A stretch of DNA of 64,000 nt from a virus. The position numbers and the translations under genes are program-made. Shown here one piece after another: positions 35,297-44,971 of this stretch; position 1 is the first letter of the stretch, and the number at the start of each line of letters is the position of its first letter. Location: positions 11,407-75,406 of IMG/VR virus record IMGVR_UViG_3300035703_000059; one strand, written 5' to 3'. The notes below the pieces were generated by a model. That model saw only the letters and a list, made by a program, of their open reading frames with translations, searched no databases and had not been told where the DNA came from.

Positions 35297-36340
35297 CTAC
35301 CGGCGCATCGAACCAAGCGCCTTCGCCAGCGCGGCGAACTTGCCAGCCTGCGCGGGAGTCGGCGCCCCCCCGTCGATGACGAACGAGAGCGTCATCCACG
35401 CGCCTTGCAACGCCGCCTTCTCGACATCCGACAAGCCCGCCGTGATCACGGCCGCTTGCACGGCCATGACAACCGCGCCGATCTCGTCCATCTTCGGACG
35501 GCCGGAACGCGGACCCGTATCGGCCGGAACATCGGCCGAGTCGCCCTTCGATGCCGCCATGCGCTTCGTTTTGAGCGACGGGGCGATCTCGACTCCCTTC
35601 GCTTCGGCAATCGCAGCGTACACGTCACGCGTCGCGATCTTCGCCGCGCCCCCGTCCGTCGTCTTACGCTTCCCGCTTTCGTCCGTCGCCAGCGCAACGG
35701 CCGCCTTCTGACGTGCAGCCGTGAGGATCGCGTTTTGATCTTCGTGTGGACGCGTAGAAAGCTCCGCGCCCGAAGTCGTCGACAATTCGCCAGCGTTGAC
35801 GGCCGCTTTGATCTCGTCGCTCGCCTTGTCGAGAATGTTGAGGAGATCCTTCAGCCCGTCCACCTTGCGGCCCATAGCGCGGGCCACGTCCGCCTTCGAT
35901 TTCCCGGCCGCCAGCGCCGCCTTCGCCGCACGGGCCTGTGCCATGATCGAAGGCGCCATGCGAACGGCGTTCAATTCGTGCGAGAGAAGGACGCTATCGA
36001 TGTCCGACTTCGGCGCCGCCTTCACCTTGAACGGGATCGTCTTTCGTCCGGCTTCGATAGCGTGCAACGTCCGGCGCCGGCCGTCCTCCACTTCAAGCCG
36101 GCCCTCTTCGTTCACGAACACGATCACGTCGAACATGACGCCGTGCTTCTTGATCGAAGCGAGCGTCACCGGGTCAATCGGATAGGCCGAAAGGTCCGCC
36201 CGTTCGTCGTAACGCGGATGTGCCGCGTCCGTCACGATGAACAATTCCTTCGGATCGATCTCGCCACGGAACCCAACCGGGAAACGCTCGCTCATCGAAG
36301 CCTCCACCGAAACAGTCTCGTTCTTCTTCGCAGCACCCAT
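35297..36340 (-). CDS. ParB/Srx N-terminal-domain protein with HTH
   Basis: LASIKKHGV..V..EDGRRR; ELNAVR; HTH-like SKADVARAMGRK. Confidence 0.8.
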   Translation of the reverse strand: MGAAKKNETVSVEASMSERFPVGFRGEIDPKELFIVTDAAHPRYDERADLSAYPIDPVTLASIKKHGVMFDVIVFVNEEGRLEVEDGRRRTLHAIEAGRKTIPFKVKAAPKSDIDSVLLSHELNAVRMAPSIMAQARAAKAALAAGKSKADVARAMGRKVDGLKDLLNILDKASDEIKAAVNAGELSTTSGAELSTRPHEDQNAILTAARQKAAVALATDESGKRKTTDGGAAKIATRDVYAAIAEAKGVEIAPSLKTKRMAASKGDSADVPADTGPRSGRPKMDEIGAVVMAVQAAVITAGLSDVEKAALQGAWMTLSFVIDGGAPTPAQAGKFAALAKALGSMRR

Positions 36341-36373
36341 CGAAGCCTCCTCGCCGCGAATCGCGGCTTCCTG

Positions 36374-36556
36374 TTAGATCGAGAAATCCAGATCGGACCC
36401 GCCACCGAAAGCCGAGAAGTCGACTCCCGCTTGAGCGCAAGCCCGCACGAACCCGGCCGGGTCCGTCGCCCACATCCTACGAAAAAGCTCTACCCACGAA
36501 AGATTCGGGTCGGCCGCGATGTCCGCCTCCCCGAAAGAATCCGATACGTTCGCCAT
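36374..36556 (-). CDS. First ORF of the early operon, hypothetical
   Basis: GGGGTG RBS; 60 aa. Confidence 0.5.
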   Translation of the reverse strand: MANVSDSFGEADIAADPNLSWVELFRRMWATDPAGFVRACAQAGVDFSAFGGGSDLDFSI

Positions 36557-36571
36557 AATTCACCCCGTATG

Positions 36572-36622
36572 AAAAACCGTCCTATCGGCGGCCCGTCCGA
36601 AAACCGGCCGCCGATAGGACGG
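36572..36622 (-). terminator. Intrinsic terminator upstream of the early operon
   Basis: Perfect 17-bp stem CCGTCCTATCGGCGGCC/GGCCGCCGATAGGACGG followed by U5 on the minus strand. Confidence 0.75.
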
Positions 36623-37312
36623 GGCGCGCGTCACCACGCGCGCCACGTCCCTTGATTTGCTTTCCCCGTTCACTCTACCGATAACAGAGGCGACGCGCCG
36701 TGAGGCTTCCCGATTGGGGCCGCTTGTTCCGATAGTGCCGACGTTACAGAGGCGGATTTCTAGTAGAGGGATCCGCTTGTCGCGACAACGTGCCTTCGAT
36801 ACTTGACGCTCGATTGACCGACGGGAGGCGACCGACAAGCGCGCCGGGAAAATTCACCGGGCGCCGTTCGCGCTTCTCGCCACCTATCGAGCGCTTCGCA
36901 TAGGGAAAGGCTAAAGGGCTTCTATTCGGACCCGCTTCTTCCGCGCGGGTCGCACGATCCGATTCGGACCGTTTTCGTTTTCAGCGCGCCCCCCTTAGTA
37001 GCCTTCGGGGGGGCTTCCTTCTCTATCCCGTTCCGATTCGACACCCCGCGAAGAGGGGGGTGCGCTCGGACCCGATCTAGAGCCTTCGTGACGGGCAACG
37101 GTCCCGTCTTTCGCGCGTCGAATACGCGTCTACTGTATGCAATCGAAGGCTTCGATTGGGTCGCGCGGCTGGCCCGTCCTAAGACGGCGCTTCGCGCTTG
37201 CCTTTCGCGAATCGTTCGACTCCGTTTCCGGTCCGATAGCCTTTCGGCCGATTCGTGCCTTCGATTGTCCGGGGGGCCGGACTAGCAAGCCCCCCCTTCG
37301 TCTAACCTTTCG
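36572..37312 (-). ncRNA. Candidate large structured ncRNA / leader RNA (~740 nt)
   Basis: Bounded by promoters and a terminator; no credible ORF; several hairpins and CGAAAG words on the minus strand. Confidence 0.5.
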
Positions 37313-37318
37313 TCCCTC

Positions 37319-37522
37319 AGTATAGTGCGAGAGGGGTCAAGGTGTCAAGCCCTTTTCGTCTTACCGTCGGGGGCCGTCGTTCAAGCCCCCCAATCTTTCC
37401 CGCTTAGTATATGCGAGAGGGGGCGCGGCGTCAAGCCCCTTTCGCTCTTTTTTCGGTCCCCCGCCTAGCAGGGCGGACCGTCGAACGTGAAAGAGTATGC
37501 CACGGGGCGCCCCCTTACGCAA
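37319..37522 (-). promoter_or_regulatory. Three tandem sigma-70 promoters
   Basis: TTGACA-N18-TATACT (37348-37319), TTGACG-N17-TATACT (37434-37406), TTGCGT-N17-CATACT (37522-37494). Confidence 0.8.
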
Positions 37523-37745
37523 GTAAAAAAAGAAGCCCCCTTGTCGATTCCGGCCGGACGGGGCCAGGGCGCGCCCCCCCTCGCATGATTCTAGGAATAG
37601 AGGCAAATCGATAGGGGGCGCAGTAACTGCGAAAGGACGGCATTATCGGCCCTCTCTCGCATGAAACCTGGGGGCGCGGGGGCCGGGTCCGGGGGGCGCG
37701 GGGGGCCGGACGGCCGGACGGCCGGGTCGCGCGCGCGGAGAAACG

Positions 37746-37774
37746 AAAAACCCCGCGAGCTTTCGCTCGCGGGG
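37746..37774 (-). terminator. Intrinsic terminator of the replication operon
   Basis: CCCCGCGAGC-GAAA-GCTCGCGGGG followed by U5. Confidence 0.85.
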
Positions 37775-37803
37775 GCAGGGCGCAACGCCCTTTTCTCAAT
37801 CAA

Positions 37804-38079
37804 TCAGCGCCAGAATCCCAGCGGCATCGATGGCGCGTCGCCGCCCGCCTCTGCCTCTGTCTCCGCCTTCTTGGGACGGTCGATCTTCGTCAAGCTGGGC
37901 GCTGGCCGCTTGTCCGTGAGAATGACCCACGCATCGATTCCCACTTCCGGCAGGCCGCGCTCCCGATGAAGCTGGTCGAGCTTCTTCGCCGGGACGCGCC
38001 CCTCGTCGATCCACTTCTGAATCGTGCGGCGCGAAACGCCCCACATCTGCGACGCCTGCGATACCGTCAACTGCGCCAT
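37804..38079 (-). CDS. Excisionase/MerR-type HTH protein
   Basis: LTVSQASQMWGVSRRTIQKWIDEGRVPA. Confidence 0.8.
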   Translation of the reverse strand: MAQLTVSQASQMWGVSRRTIQKWIDEGRVPAKKLDQLHRERGLPEVGIDAWVILTDKRPAPSLTKIDRPKKAETEAEAGGDAPSMPLGFWR

Positions 38080-38089
38080 CGGTCACTCC

Positions 38090-39757
38090 CTATCCACGTT
38101 GAATCACGGTCCATCCCGACGGCACCGACGTCGGCCCCACCGGAGACGTCAGTATAACTTGATGAGGGGACTCGCCAAGGGCGGTCATCACCTCGCAGAG
38201 CGTCGCCGGATCGAACGCGCGCTCTTCGGGGATGACGCACGCGTACTGCCCTTCGGTGACGCACGCCGCCGCGAGCGCCGCCATGACCCGCGCCCACTCG
38301 GCACCCGACAACGCCGTGTGCAGGTGTCCGCCGCGCACCAGACCGAACTGGACGACCTCGCGCTCGCCGTCCCGCAATCGAAGGTCGAACACGTCGCCGA
38401 CGGGCAGATTGGCTTGCACCCGCGCGACGAACGACTCCAGCGCCTTCACCAGCAGGGCGCCCATCGCGAGGTCGAGCGCCCCCTTGAGTTCGGCCCACTC
38501 GCCGGCCTGCCGCTCGGCGTCCAGCGCGGTCTTCTGCGCCGTCTGCGCGGTCTGCCATGCCGCCGCGCGGGTCTGAAGCTCGGTGAGGTGCGCCGCTGCC
38601 GCCTCCTGCGCCTTGCGGGCCTCTTCGACGGACTCCAGCGGATCGCGGTCGCCATCAACGACCTTCTCCGCGTCCGCCGCCGATGCCTCCAGCGCCTCGA
38701 CGTCACCTATCGCCCGCTCGGCCGCCGCCCGCGCCTTGTTCGCCAGCGACTCGGCCTCGGCGTAGGCGGCACGCGCTGCCGCGCTCTGCTTGCGGTACTC
38801 GGCGATGGCTTCGTGGTTCGCCCGAATCGGCCCGACCAGCGCGCCCCCGCAGACCAGACACTCCCCGGCGTCAATCGACAACTCGCACACCGACGACACC
38901 CGCGCGAGGTTCGCGTCGTTGTCGGAGGGCTTTTCCAGCGCGTCAAGCTGCGTCTGGCGCTCTTGGAACAGCGCGATCAGCCGCTCCGCCTCGGCGCGCG
39001 CCGTCTCCAGCCGCTCCGCCGTCCGGCCCATGCCATCGAAGGCTTGCTGCGCGGCCATGACCTCGACGAGCCGCTTCTGCGCCTCGGACGCCGCCTTCTT
39101 CGCCGCCTTGATCTCGGAGTCGGTCGGCGGCGCGTTCGCGCCCCCCGTCACCAGCGCCGCCGCGCCCTTCGCCGCCTTCGCCTCGGCCGTCAGCGACCGC
39201 GCCCCCGCGCCCGCCGCCTCCAGAGCCGCCACCAGCGCGTCCGCCGGCAGGATGTCGCGTGGCAACGTCCCCAGCACCTTTTCCAGCGTCTCGCGGAGAT
39301 GGGACGGAACCAGCGAACGCACGTCGTCCAGCGTCAAATCGCCCGACGCCTTCGCCAGCAGGTACTTCCGCGCCGTTTGCGGACTCCCCAGCACCGCCTC
39401 CCGCAAGCTGCGGATGGGCAGCACGTCGGCGTGACAACGATCCGACGGCTTGTCGCCGGTCGCCTTCTTCGCCTTCGCCGTCGACCCCGACGTGCGGTAG
39501 GCCGCGACGACACCGTCGTCGAACGTCGCCAGCGCCTCCAGTTCCTTCGCCCCGTTCTGCGCGAGGCTCATCACGTCCACCTCGCGCGCAACGTCCACCC
39601 GACCCGCGATGTCGCTCGCGCGACCGGTCAACGCCAGTTCGACCGTATTGACGATGGTGGATTTGCCCGACCCGTTCGGCCCCACGACGAGAGTCTTTGC
39701 CCCCAACTCGACGTCGCACCCCTTCTTGACGTTACCTTTCACCCCGACGATGTGCAT
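38090..39757 (-). CDS. SMC/Rad50(SbcC)-like ABC ATPase
   Basis: GPNGSGKST, coiled coil with CLVC hook, LSGAE signature. Confidence 0.85.
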   Translation of the reverse strand: MHIVGVKGNVKKGCDVELGAKTLVVGPNGSGKSTIVNTVELALTGRASDIAGRVDVAREVDVMSLAQNGAKELEALATFDDGVVAAYRTSGSTAKAKKATGDKPSDRCHADVLPIRSLREAVLGSPQTARKYLLAKASGDLTLDDVRSLVPSHLRETLEKVLGTLPRDILPADALVAALEAAGAGARSLTAEAKAAKGAAALVTGGANAPPTDSEIKAAKKAASEAQKRLVEVMAAQQAFDGMGRTAERLETARAEAERLIALFQERQTQLDALEKPSDNDANLARVSSVCELSIDAGECLVCGGALVGPIRANHEAIAEYRKQSAAARAAYAEAESLANKARAAAERAIGDVEALEASAADAEKVVDGDRDPLESVEEARKAQEAAAAHLTELQTRAAAWQTAQTAQKTALDAERQAGEWAELKGALDLAMGALLVKALESFVARVQANLPVGDVFDLRLRDGEREVVQFGLVRGGHLHTALSGAEWARVMAALAAACVTEGQYACVIPEERAFDPATLCEVMTALGESPHQVILTSPVGPTSVPSGWTVIQRG

Positions 39758-39950
39758 TTTCTCTCCCCGATTGCGCTCGACGTAACCCGTCGAGCAGTAG
39801 TGGATGTGGTGACATCCCTTCGCGTAACCAGCGGTAAACCGACCGCTGACTTGCCCCCGTTGCTTTGGCGATCTGATCCATCGTCCAGCCCTTGTCGAGC
39901 AACGCTTGGACGATTTGTGCGGCCTCTTGTGCCTGTGATGTGCGCGGCAT
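39732..39950 (-). CDS. XRE/Cro-like HTH regulator
   Basis: GWTMDQIAKATGASQRSVYRW; upstream TTGACA-N17-CATACC (40012-39984). Confidence 0.8.
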   Translation of the reverse strand: MPRTSQAQEAAQIVQALLDKGWTMDQIAKATGASQRSVYRWLREGMSPHPLLLDGLRRAQSGRENAHRRGER

Positions 39951-40008
39951 GACGGTACTCCCGGCGAGATTCAATGCCGCGAGGGTATGCCACCTTCTAT
40001 TGTACCTG

Positions 40009-40431
40009 TCAAGTGTCAATCCACCATCCGGTGGTGTAGTCCTCTGGATCGTCCACCACAATCTCGACAGCGCGCTCGATCTTCGCCGGCTTGTTCTCGT
40101 CGGCCACCGCGCGCGTCATCACCAGCACCGGGCGCCCCTGCCCCATCGCCGACGACACCACGGCCTGCGTCGCCGCTCCGATGGTCCGGCCGGGAACCAG
40201 AATCGCGTCGTAGAATGGCTGGCGCGTCGACATATCGATTCTCGCCACCACGTCCAGCGCCCACGACTTCCAGCCGCCCGCGCTTGCCGCGTACTGGAAA
40301 TAGTCGTCCCGACCAGAGACGAACGTCGCCTCCCCCAGCCCCTCGTCGTCGAACAGCGCCGCCGCGTCCGCAATCCACGCCGCCGTCTCGGCCTCGTCCA
40401 TCGATTTCGGGTGTGCGAAAAAGACCCTCAT
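40009..40431 (-). CDS. Nucleoside-deoxyribosyltransferase-like fold protein
   Basis: RVFFAHP..YDAILV..IGAAT..A..GRPVLV pattern. Confidence 0.45.
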   Translation of the reverse strand: MRVFFAHPKSMDEAETAAWIADAAALFDDEGLGEATFVSGRDDYFQYAASAGGWKSWALDVVARIDMSTRQPFYDAILVPGRTIGAATQAVVSSAMGQGRPVLVMTRAVADENKPAKIERAVEIVVDDPEDYTTGWWIDT

Positions 40432-40730
40432 CAGTCGTCTCCCCGGTTGATCAACGTCACCGCGTCCTCGGCCCCCGACTCCAACTCCGCGATGCGCTCG
40501 GACAATTGCGCCACAATCGCGCGGTACGTCTCAATCTGGTGTTGCACCGGGTCGGGGCAGTCGTCGGTGTATCCCGGCCAATTCACCGCCGAGAACTGGT
40601 CCGCGCCCCACAGGTAGAGGAAATACTCCCCGAACTCCATCGACTCACACAGCGCGGCCACGATCCGCCCGATGTAGTTCGTCTTCTCCTCATGCGTCAT
40701 TCCGTCCGTCACTTCTTTGTCCAGCAGCAT
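40431..40730 (-). CDS. Hypothetical protein
   Basis: Coupled to polA. Confidence 0.55.
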   Translation of the reverse strand: MLLDKEVTDGMTHEEKTNYIGRIVAALCESMEFGEYFLYLWGADQFSAVNWPGYTDDCPDPVQHQIETYRAIVAQLSERIAELESGAEDAVTLINRGDD

Positions 40731-43381
40731 CAGACCTCACTCCATCGAAGCCCAATCTTGGGCTTCGCCGCAAAGGACACGTCCGGCAAACCCGGCACGG
40801 TCCGGTTCATCGCTTCCTTGATCATTCGCGCGACCGTGTTCGCATCGCACTCGCACCCCGGCGGGCAGAATCCGAACTCGCGCTCCTTCTCGATCACCTT
40901 GCCGTCCGCATCCAGCGGCCGGTACTCGTCGTGCGGACACGGCACCTCAAACGTCAACGCGTCGTGGCATTGGTTGACGAGGCCCGTCCCCGGCCCCCAC
41001 AACTCGCACTTGAGCGGACCTTCGACGAGGTCGAACGTCGCCATGTGGATGATGTGCGCGCCCGCGCTCTGGACGCCGAAATTGATGATCTCGTTGAACT
41101 TCTCGCCGTCGAGGAAGTCACGCCGACGGCCGAGAACCGGGTCGACGATGTACCCCACCGTCCGATAGGTGTCCAAGCACTCGTCCCACCACTTCTGAAG
41201 CTGCGGAATCTCCCGCAGCCACCGCTTCCGAAGCGTGGCGACTTGATTCAGCGTCAAGTCGGGGTACATCAGCGTGCCGTCCGCGTTCTCCGCGCTCGTC
41301 ACCAGCCCATGCACCGTCTCGTCGCCGGAGCCATAGAACGACGCGTAAGCGATGCTCTTCGCGATTTTTCGCAGCTTGTCCCATTGGTCCGACTTCGGCA
41401 CCAGCCCGTCGAACTGCTTTCCGAACATCATCGATGCCGTCTGCGCGTGCGGATCGCCGCCAGCCGAAAACGTCTCCAAGTAGCGCGGGATTTGGGCCAC
41501 CGACGCGATGATCCGAAGCTCCAACTGGTCCGCGTCCGCGCCCACCAGCACCCGCCCCGGCTCCGCTTTCACCAGCGCCCGCAGGTGCTTCGGGAAGTTC
41601 TGGGCGTTCGGATTCGATGACGACAGCCGGCCCGACGTCGTCCCGTGCGCGTTGTAGTCCGGGTGAATCCGCCCGTCCGGCAGAATGAGGCCGCGAGCCG
41701 CCTCATCCTGCTCGTCCTCGCTGCGAAACTGCACCCCATCGACCGGCTGGCCGTAGGGGACGAGCCGCGTGACGTAGGTGCCGTACTCCTTCGCCACCTT
41801 GCGATACCGTCGCAAGGAATCGATGAACTTCACGATGTTCTCGCGGTCCCGGTTCTGCGTCCGCAGCAGGCGAAGCGACTCGTCCGACGTCGAGGGGTCG
41901 CCCAGCTTCGTCATCTCGGCCGGCGTCAGCCCCCACTTGTCGAAAAGCAGGTCGCGAATCTGATAGGTGCTGTTCGGATTGAGGTTCGGATTCTCGGCGT
42001 TGACGCGCGTCTCCGCGAGGTAGTCGGCGATCTTGACCCGAAGCTCGTCCGACACCTTGTTCCGCAGCGGCCGGTCCACCCACATCCCCGTCCGATGCAG
42101 GTCCGCGCAAATCGCCTGCACCCGATGGTCGAATCCCACGACGTTTTCCTGCCGCCGCAGCTTCACCGCGTCCGCCAGCTTCGGCATCACGCGCGCCGTC
42201 ACCACGCAGTCGACGGCACAGTAGGTCGTCAACTCCTCGTCGGTCTGCGCCACCTCCGCCGTGTGCGCGGCCTTCCATGACGTGACGTCGGTGTAGACGC
42301 TGCCGATGTACCCCAGCTTGTGCGGCAGTTCGCTCTCGACGCTGCGGTGCAAAAGGATGGTGTCGAGGAGCGGCTTCGGCGTGACGCCGAAATGCTGCTC
42401 GATGACGATGCGGTCGAAGTACCCCGCGTTGTGGCCGACCTTCAGCTTCGTGTCATCGATGAAGAAGTCCCGCAGGATGCCCCGCAGCCGCAGCAGGTCC
42501 GACGCGGTGTACCACGGCGGATCGACGAGCGAACCGTTCGGGCCTTCGATGCTCTTGAGCGAGACGACGATGGACGCGTTCTCGTTCGCGATGCCCACGC
42601 ACTTGAGTTCCGCGATGAGCGGGTCGTCGAACGTCGTCTCGACGTCGTAGATGTACGGGATGTCCGTGCGCGCGAGGAACGCCTCGACCTCGTCGGGCGA
42701 CGGCGTCAAATCGATGTACGGGTGCTGCCAGCCCAGCCCACCCCGGAACCATCGGAACGCGCGTGACAGGTCGCTGCGGAACGCCCGCGTCCAGCGCCGC
42801 GCCCGCAGCACGAACGCGGGGTGCAGCGTCGGCAGCACCTTCACGTCCTTCGGCTTGTCGCCGCCGGTGATGAAGTTCCCGATGACGTCGAACCGGCCCT
42901 CGACCGGGCCACCGCGAATCTCGGTGACGCTCGCCGCCTGCCCCGTCACCGCTTGGAAGGCGATCTTCCCCAGCGTGATGATGTTCTTCGTCTGGCCGAT
43001 GTCGTGCATCAGCCTCGGTCGGCAGCAATCGATGGGGTGCGGCAGGGGGTCTTCTTTCGCCGCGATCCGCTTCTTGTTGTCCCGCGACAGCTTCACCAGC
43101 ACGCGGTCCAGTTCGTTCTCTGGTGGCCGGCACGCGAGGGCCGTCGTGATCGAGACGGCGCCGCGCGGGATGCCCACCGCCTTCAGCGACTCGTTGAACT
43201 CGATGCCTGCCGAGTCGACGAGCGGGCGCTGCTCCTCGACGTCCTTCTCACGCGGCGACTCCGTCACGACCACCGCGACAGAACCGGGCCGAATCTCGGC
43301 CGGGACCGGGACACCCGCGCGCGCCTTTCGCAGAACGCACTCGTCGCATCGCGCGCCGTCGTCTCGCGGGTCGTAGATCAT
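40730..43381 (-). CDS. polA: Family A DNA polymerase with N-terminal UDG-like and 3'-5' exonuclease domains
   Basis: UDG-like CDEC, ACRP, TLHPAF; exonuclease YDVET, HNAGYFD, YCAVD; polymerase TSGRLSS, DADQLELR, RKIAKSIAY, HD. Confidence 0.93.
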   Translation of the reverse strand: MIYDPRDDGARCDECVLRKARAGVPVPAEIRPGSVAVVVTESPREKDVEEQRPLVDSAGIEFNESLKAVGIPRGAVSITTALACRPPENELDRVLVKLSRDNKKRIAAKEDPLPHPIDCCRPRLMHDIGQTKNIITLGKIAFQAVTGQAASVTEIRGGPVEGRFDVIGNFITGGDKPKDVKVLPTLHPAFVLRARRWTRAFRSDLSRAFRWFRGGLGWQHPYIDLTPSPDEVEAFLARTDIPYIYDVETTFDDPLIAELKCVGIANENASIVVSLKSIEGPNGSLVDPPWYTASDLLRLRGILRDFFIDDTKLKVGHNAGYFDRIVIEQHFGVTPKPLLDTILLHRSVESELPHKLGYIGSVYTDVTSWKAAHTAEVAQTDEELTTYCAVDCVVTARVMPKLADAVKLRRQENVVGFDHRVQAICADLHRTGMWVDRPLRNKVSDELRVKIADYLAETRVNAENPNLNPNSTYQIRDLLFDKWGLTPAEMTKLGDPSTSDESLRLLRTQNRDRENIVKFIDSLRRYRKVAKEYGTYVTRLVPYGQPVDGVQFRSEDEQDEAARGLILPDGRIHPDYNAHGTTSGRLSSSNPNAQNFPKHLRALVKAEPGRVLVGADADQLELRIIASVAQIPRYLETFSAGGDPHAQTASMMFGKQFDGLVPKSDQWDKLRKIAKSIAYASFYGSGDETVHGLVTSAENADGTLMYPDLTLNQVATLRKRWLREIPQLQKWWDECLDTYRTVGYIVDPVLGRRRDFLDGEKFNEIINFGVQSAGAHIIHMATFDLVEGPLKCELWGPGTGLVNQCHDALTFEVPCPHDEYRPLDADGKVIEKEREFGFCPPGCECDANTVARMIKEAMNRTVPGLPDVSFAAKPKIGLRWSEV

Positions 43382-43384
43382 CGG

Positions 43385-43579
43385 TCAGCCTTTCGTTCGT
43401 TTGGGCGTCCGCCGACAGGGGACGCACATCCCGCTGCGGTTGAAAGCCGCGATGCGGTTTCCACAGCCGGGAATGACGCAGGTCTTTGCGTGGTTCACAC
43501 AACCGGCGCAGTAATCGGTCTGCTTGCTAGATCGAAGATTCAGCGTCTTTCCGCAGCCAAGACAGATGGGCGAACGCAT
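43385..43579 (-). CDS. Small Zn-finger protein
   Basis: Four Cys pairs. Confidence 0.6.
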   Translation of the reverse strand: MRSPICLGCGKTLNLRSSKQTDYCAGCVNHAKTCVIPGCGNRIAAFNRSGMCVPCRRTPKRTKG

Positions 43580-43583
43580 CGCC

Positions 43584-44096
43584 TCACCTCGTCATCAAGT
43601 CGGTGTAGCTGAAGCGCTCTTTGAGGGCTTCGTCGACACCCAGCGGCTCGACGGACAGCTTGATCAACTCGCCGTCGTACAGAAAGATGTGCTTCGGGAC
43701 CGTCACGCGGCCCTCGACGAACGCGATGCCGGTGTCGGTGATCCGCCAGTACCCCGCGTGCGGAGAGTCGGTTTCGGTCGGCGAAAGCACGTTGCCGGTT
43801 GCCTCCTCAACGAGTCCCCAATAACGCATCTTGGCGAAATCCCCGCCGCGCGCGGCGCTGAACCGGGGGCCGAGAGACGAGGGAACGTGAATCCACTCGC
43901 GGATGTCGCCCGCATCCTTGTAGATCTTCCACATCTCGATGAGCGCGCGCGCCATCGCGCTCGTCATGGTCCGCCGGTAGACCTTCGCGAACTGGTCGCA
44001 GCACGGGCAGCGCACTCCGTCATCGATGTTCTGGCGCACCCACTCGCGGGCGCTGTTCAACGTCGTCTCGGTCAGTTCGACCTTCTCGGTTTCCAT
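43584..44096 (-). CDS. Zn-ribbon plus wHTH-like phage protein
   Basis: CPCCDQFAKVYRR..YWGLVE..GYWRITDTG. Confidence 0.7.
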   Translation of the reverse strand: METEKVELTETTLNSAREWVRQNIDDGVRCPCCDQFAKVYRRTMTSAMARALIEMWKIYKDAGDIREWIHVPSSLGPRFSAARGGDFAKMRYWGLVEEATGNVLSPTETDSPHAGYWRITDTGIAFVEGRVTVPKHIFLYDGELIKLSVEPLGVDEALKERFSYTDLMTR

Positions 44097-44245
44097 CGTC
44101 GCCTCCGATTTCGGACAAAAAAGAGGCCGGCTCGCCCCGCCACCGCTGCCGGCCAACTCGCCCTGTCGGCGAGTACCCTGTGATTGGGGATGTGGAGAGG
44201 GTTCACCCCCGCCGTGCGCTCACCACAAGCGCGGACCTCCCGCTA

Positions 44246-44839
44246 CTACTTGCCGAGCATGGCGCGCAGGCCGCCCGCACCGGCCGGCTTCGGAGCCGCC
44301 GTCACGGTCATCGCCGGGGCCGCCGCAGGGGCCGCCGCCTTCGCGGGCGCCTTCACCGACGCCTTGGCGGCGACGGGAGCCGCCGCGACCGCGATCTCCG
44401 TGCCGGTCAGCGACGAGAACGACTCCGGCGTGATGAACTGCCGGTCGCTCTGCGACGTCGGGTCGTTGACGTCCTTCGCCTTGTAGTAGATGTACGCCTC
44501 CTTGCCGTTGAACGTCTCCTCGCTGATCCCGATCTCGCCCGTCTCGATCTGGGCGGCGGTGTACCCGCAGGACAGCAGGGCCGTCTTCCACGACCGCAGG
44601 TTGCCGGCCTTCGTCAGATCGAGGCCGATGAAGAGCCGCGTCTCGACACCCGCGAACGGCCCCTCTGCGATCACCGTCTGGAACCGCACCGACTTCTTGC
44701 CATCCTTGTCGTACTCGATGGCCTCGGTGATGTTCACCTTGTACGCGCCCGTCTCCGGCTCGACGTACCCGGCGCCGGGGTTGCGGGCCTGCACGCCCGC
44801 CACGTTGATCTGCGCCGACCAGTTCTTGTTTTCCGACAT
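44246..44839 (-). CDS. Putative single-stranded DNA-binding protein (DUF669-like)
   Basis: PETGAYKVNITEA; next to a Sak4-like gene; Ala/Pro tail. Confidence 0.6.
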   Translation of the reverse strand: MSENKNWSAQINVAGVQARNPGAGYVEPETGAYKVNITEAIEYDKDGKKSVRFQTVIAEGPFAGVETRLFIGLDLTKAGNLRSWKTALLSCGYTAAQIETGEIGISEETFNGKEAYIYYKAKDVNDPTSQSDRQFITPESFSSLTGTEIAVAAAPVAAKASVKAPAKAAAPAAAPAMTVTAAPKPAGAGGLRAMLGK

Positions 44840-44971
44840 CTTACGCTCCGTTTGCCATCGATGTATCGCGTCCCGTGCGGGTCGACAGCGGTGCCGCCTG
44901 TTTTGCCTCTGTGCGACGAAGAGGGGTCTGAGGGCGTGGGACGATGAGGTTTTGCCCTCGAAATCGTTATC

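Noticed and set aside
36560-36838. 92-aa minus-strand ORF (and 37088-37325 plus-strand ORFs) in the leader
   Set aside because: No RBS, atypical codons, and it runs through the terminator hairpin; a short leader peptide cannot be fully excluded
38024-39952. Long antisense ORFs (e.g. 642 aa here; also 4021-5607, 35405-36655, 55739-57151)
   Set aside because: Shadow frames of high-GC genes; Arg/Leu-rich, with no RBS or motifs, opposite well-supported CDSs
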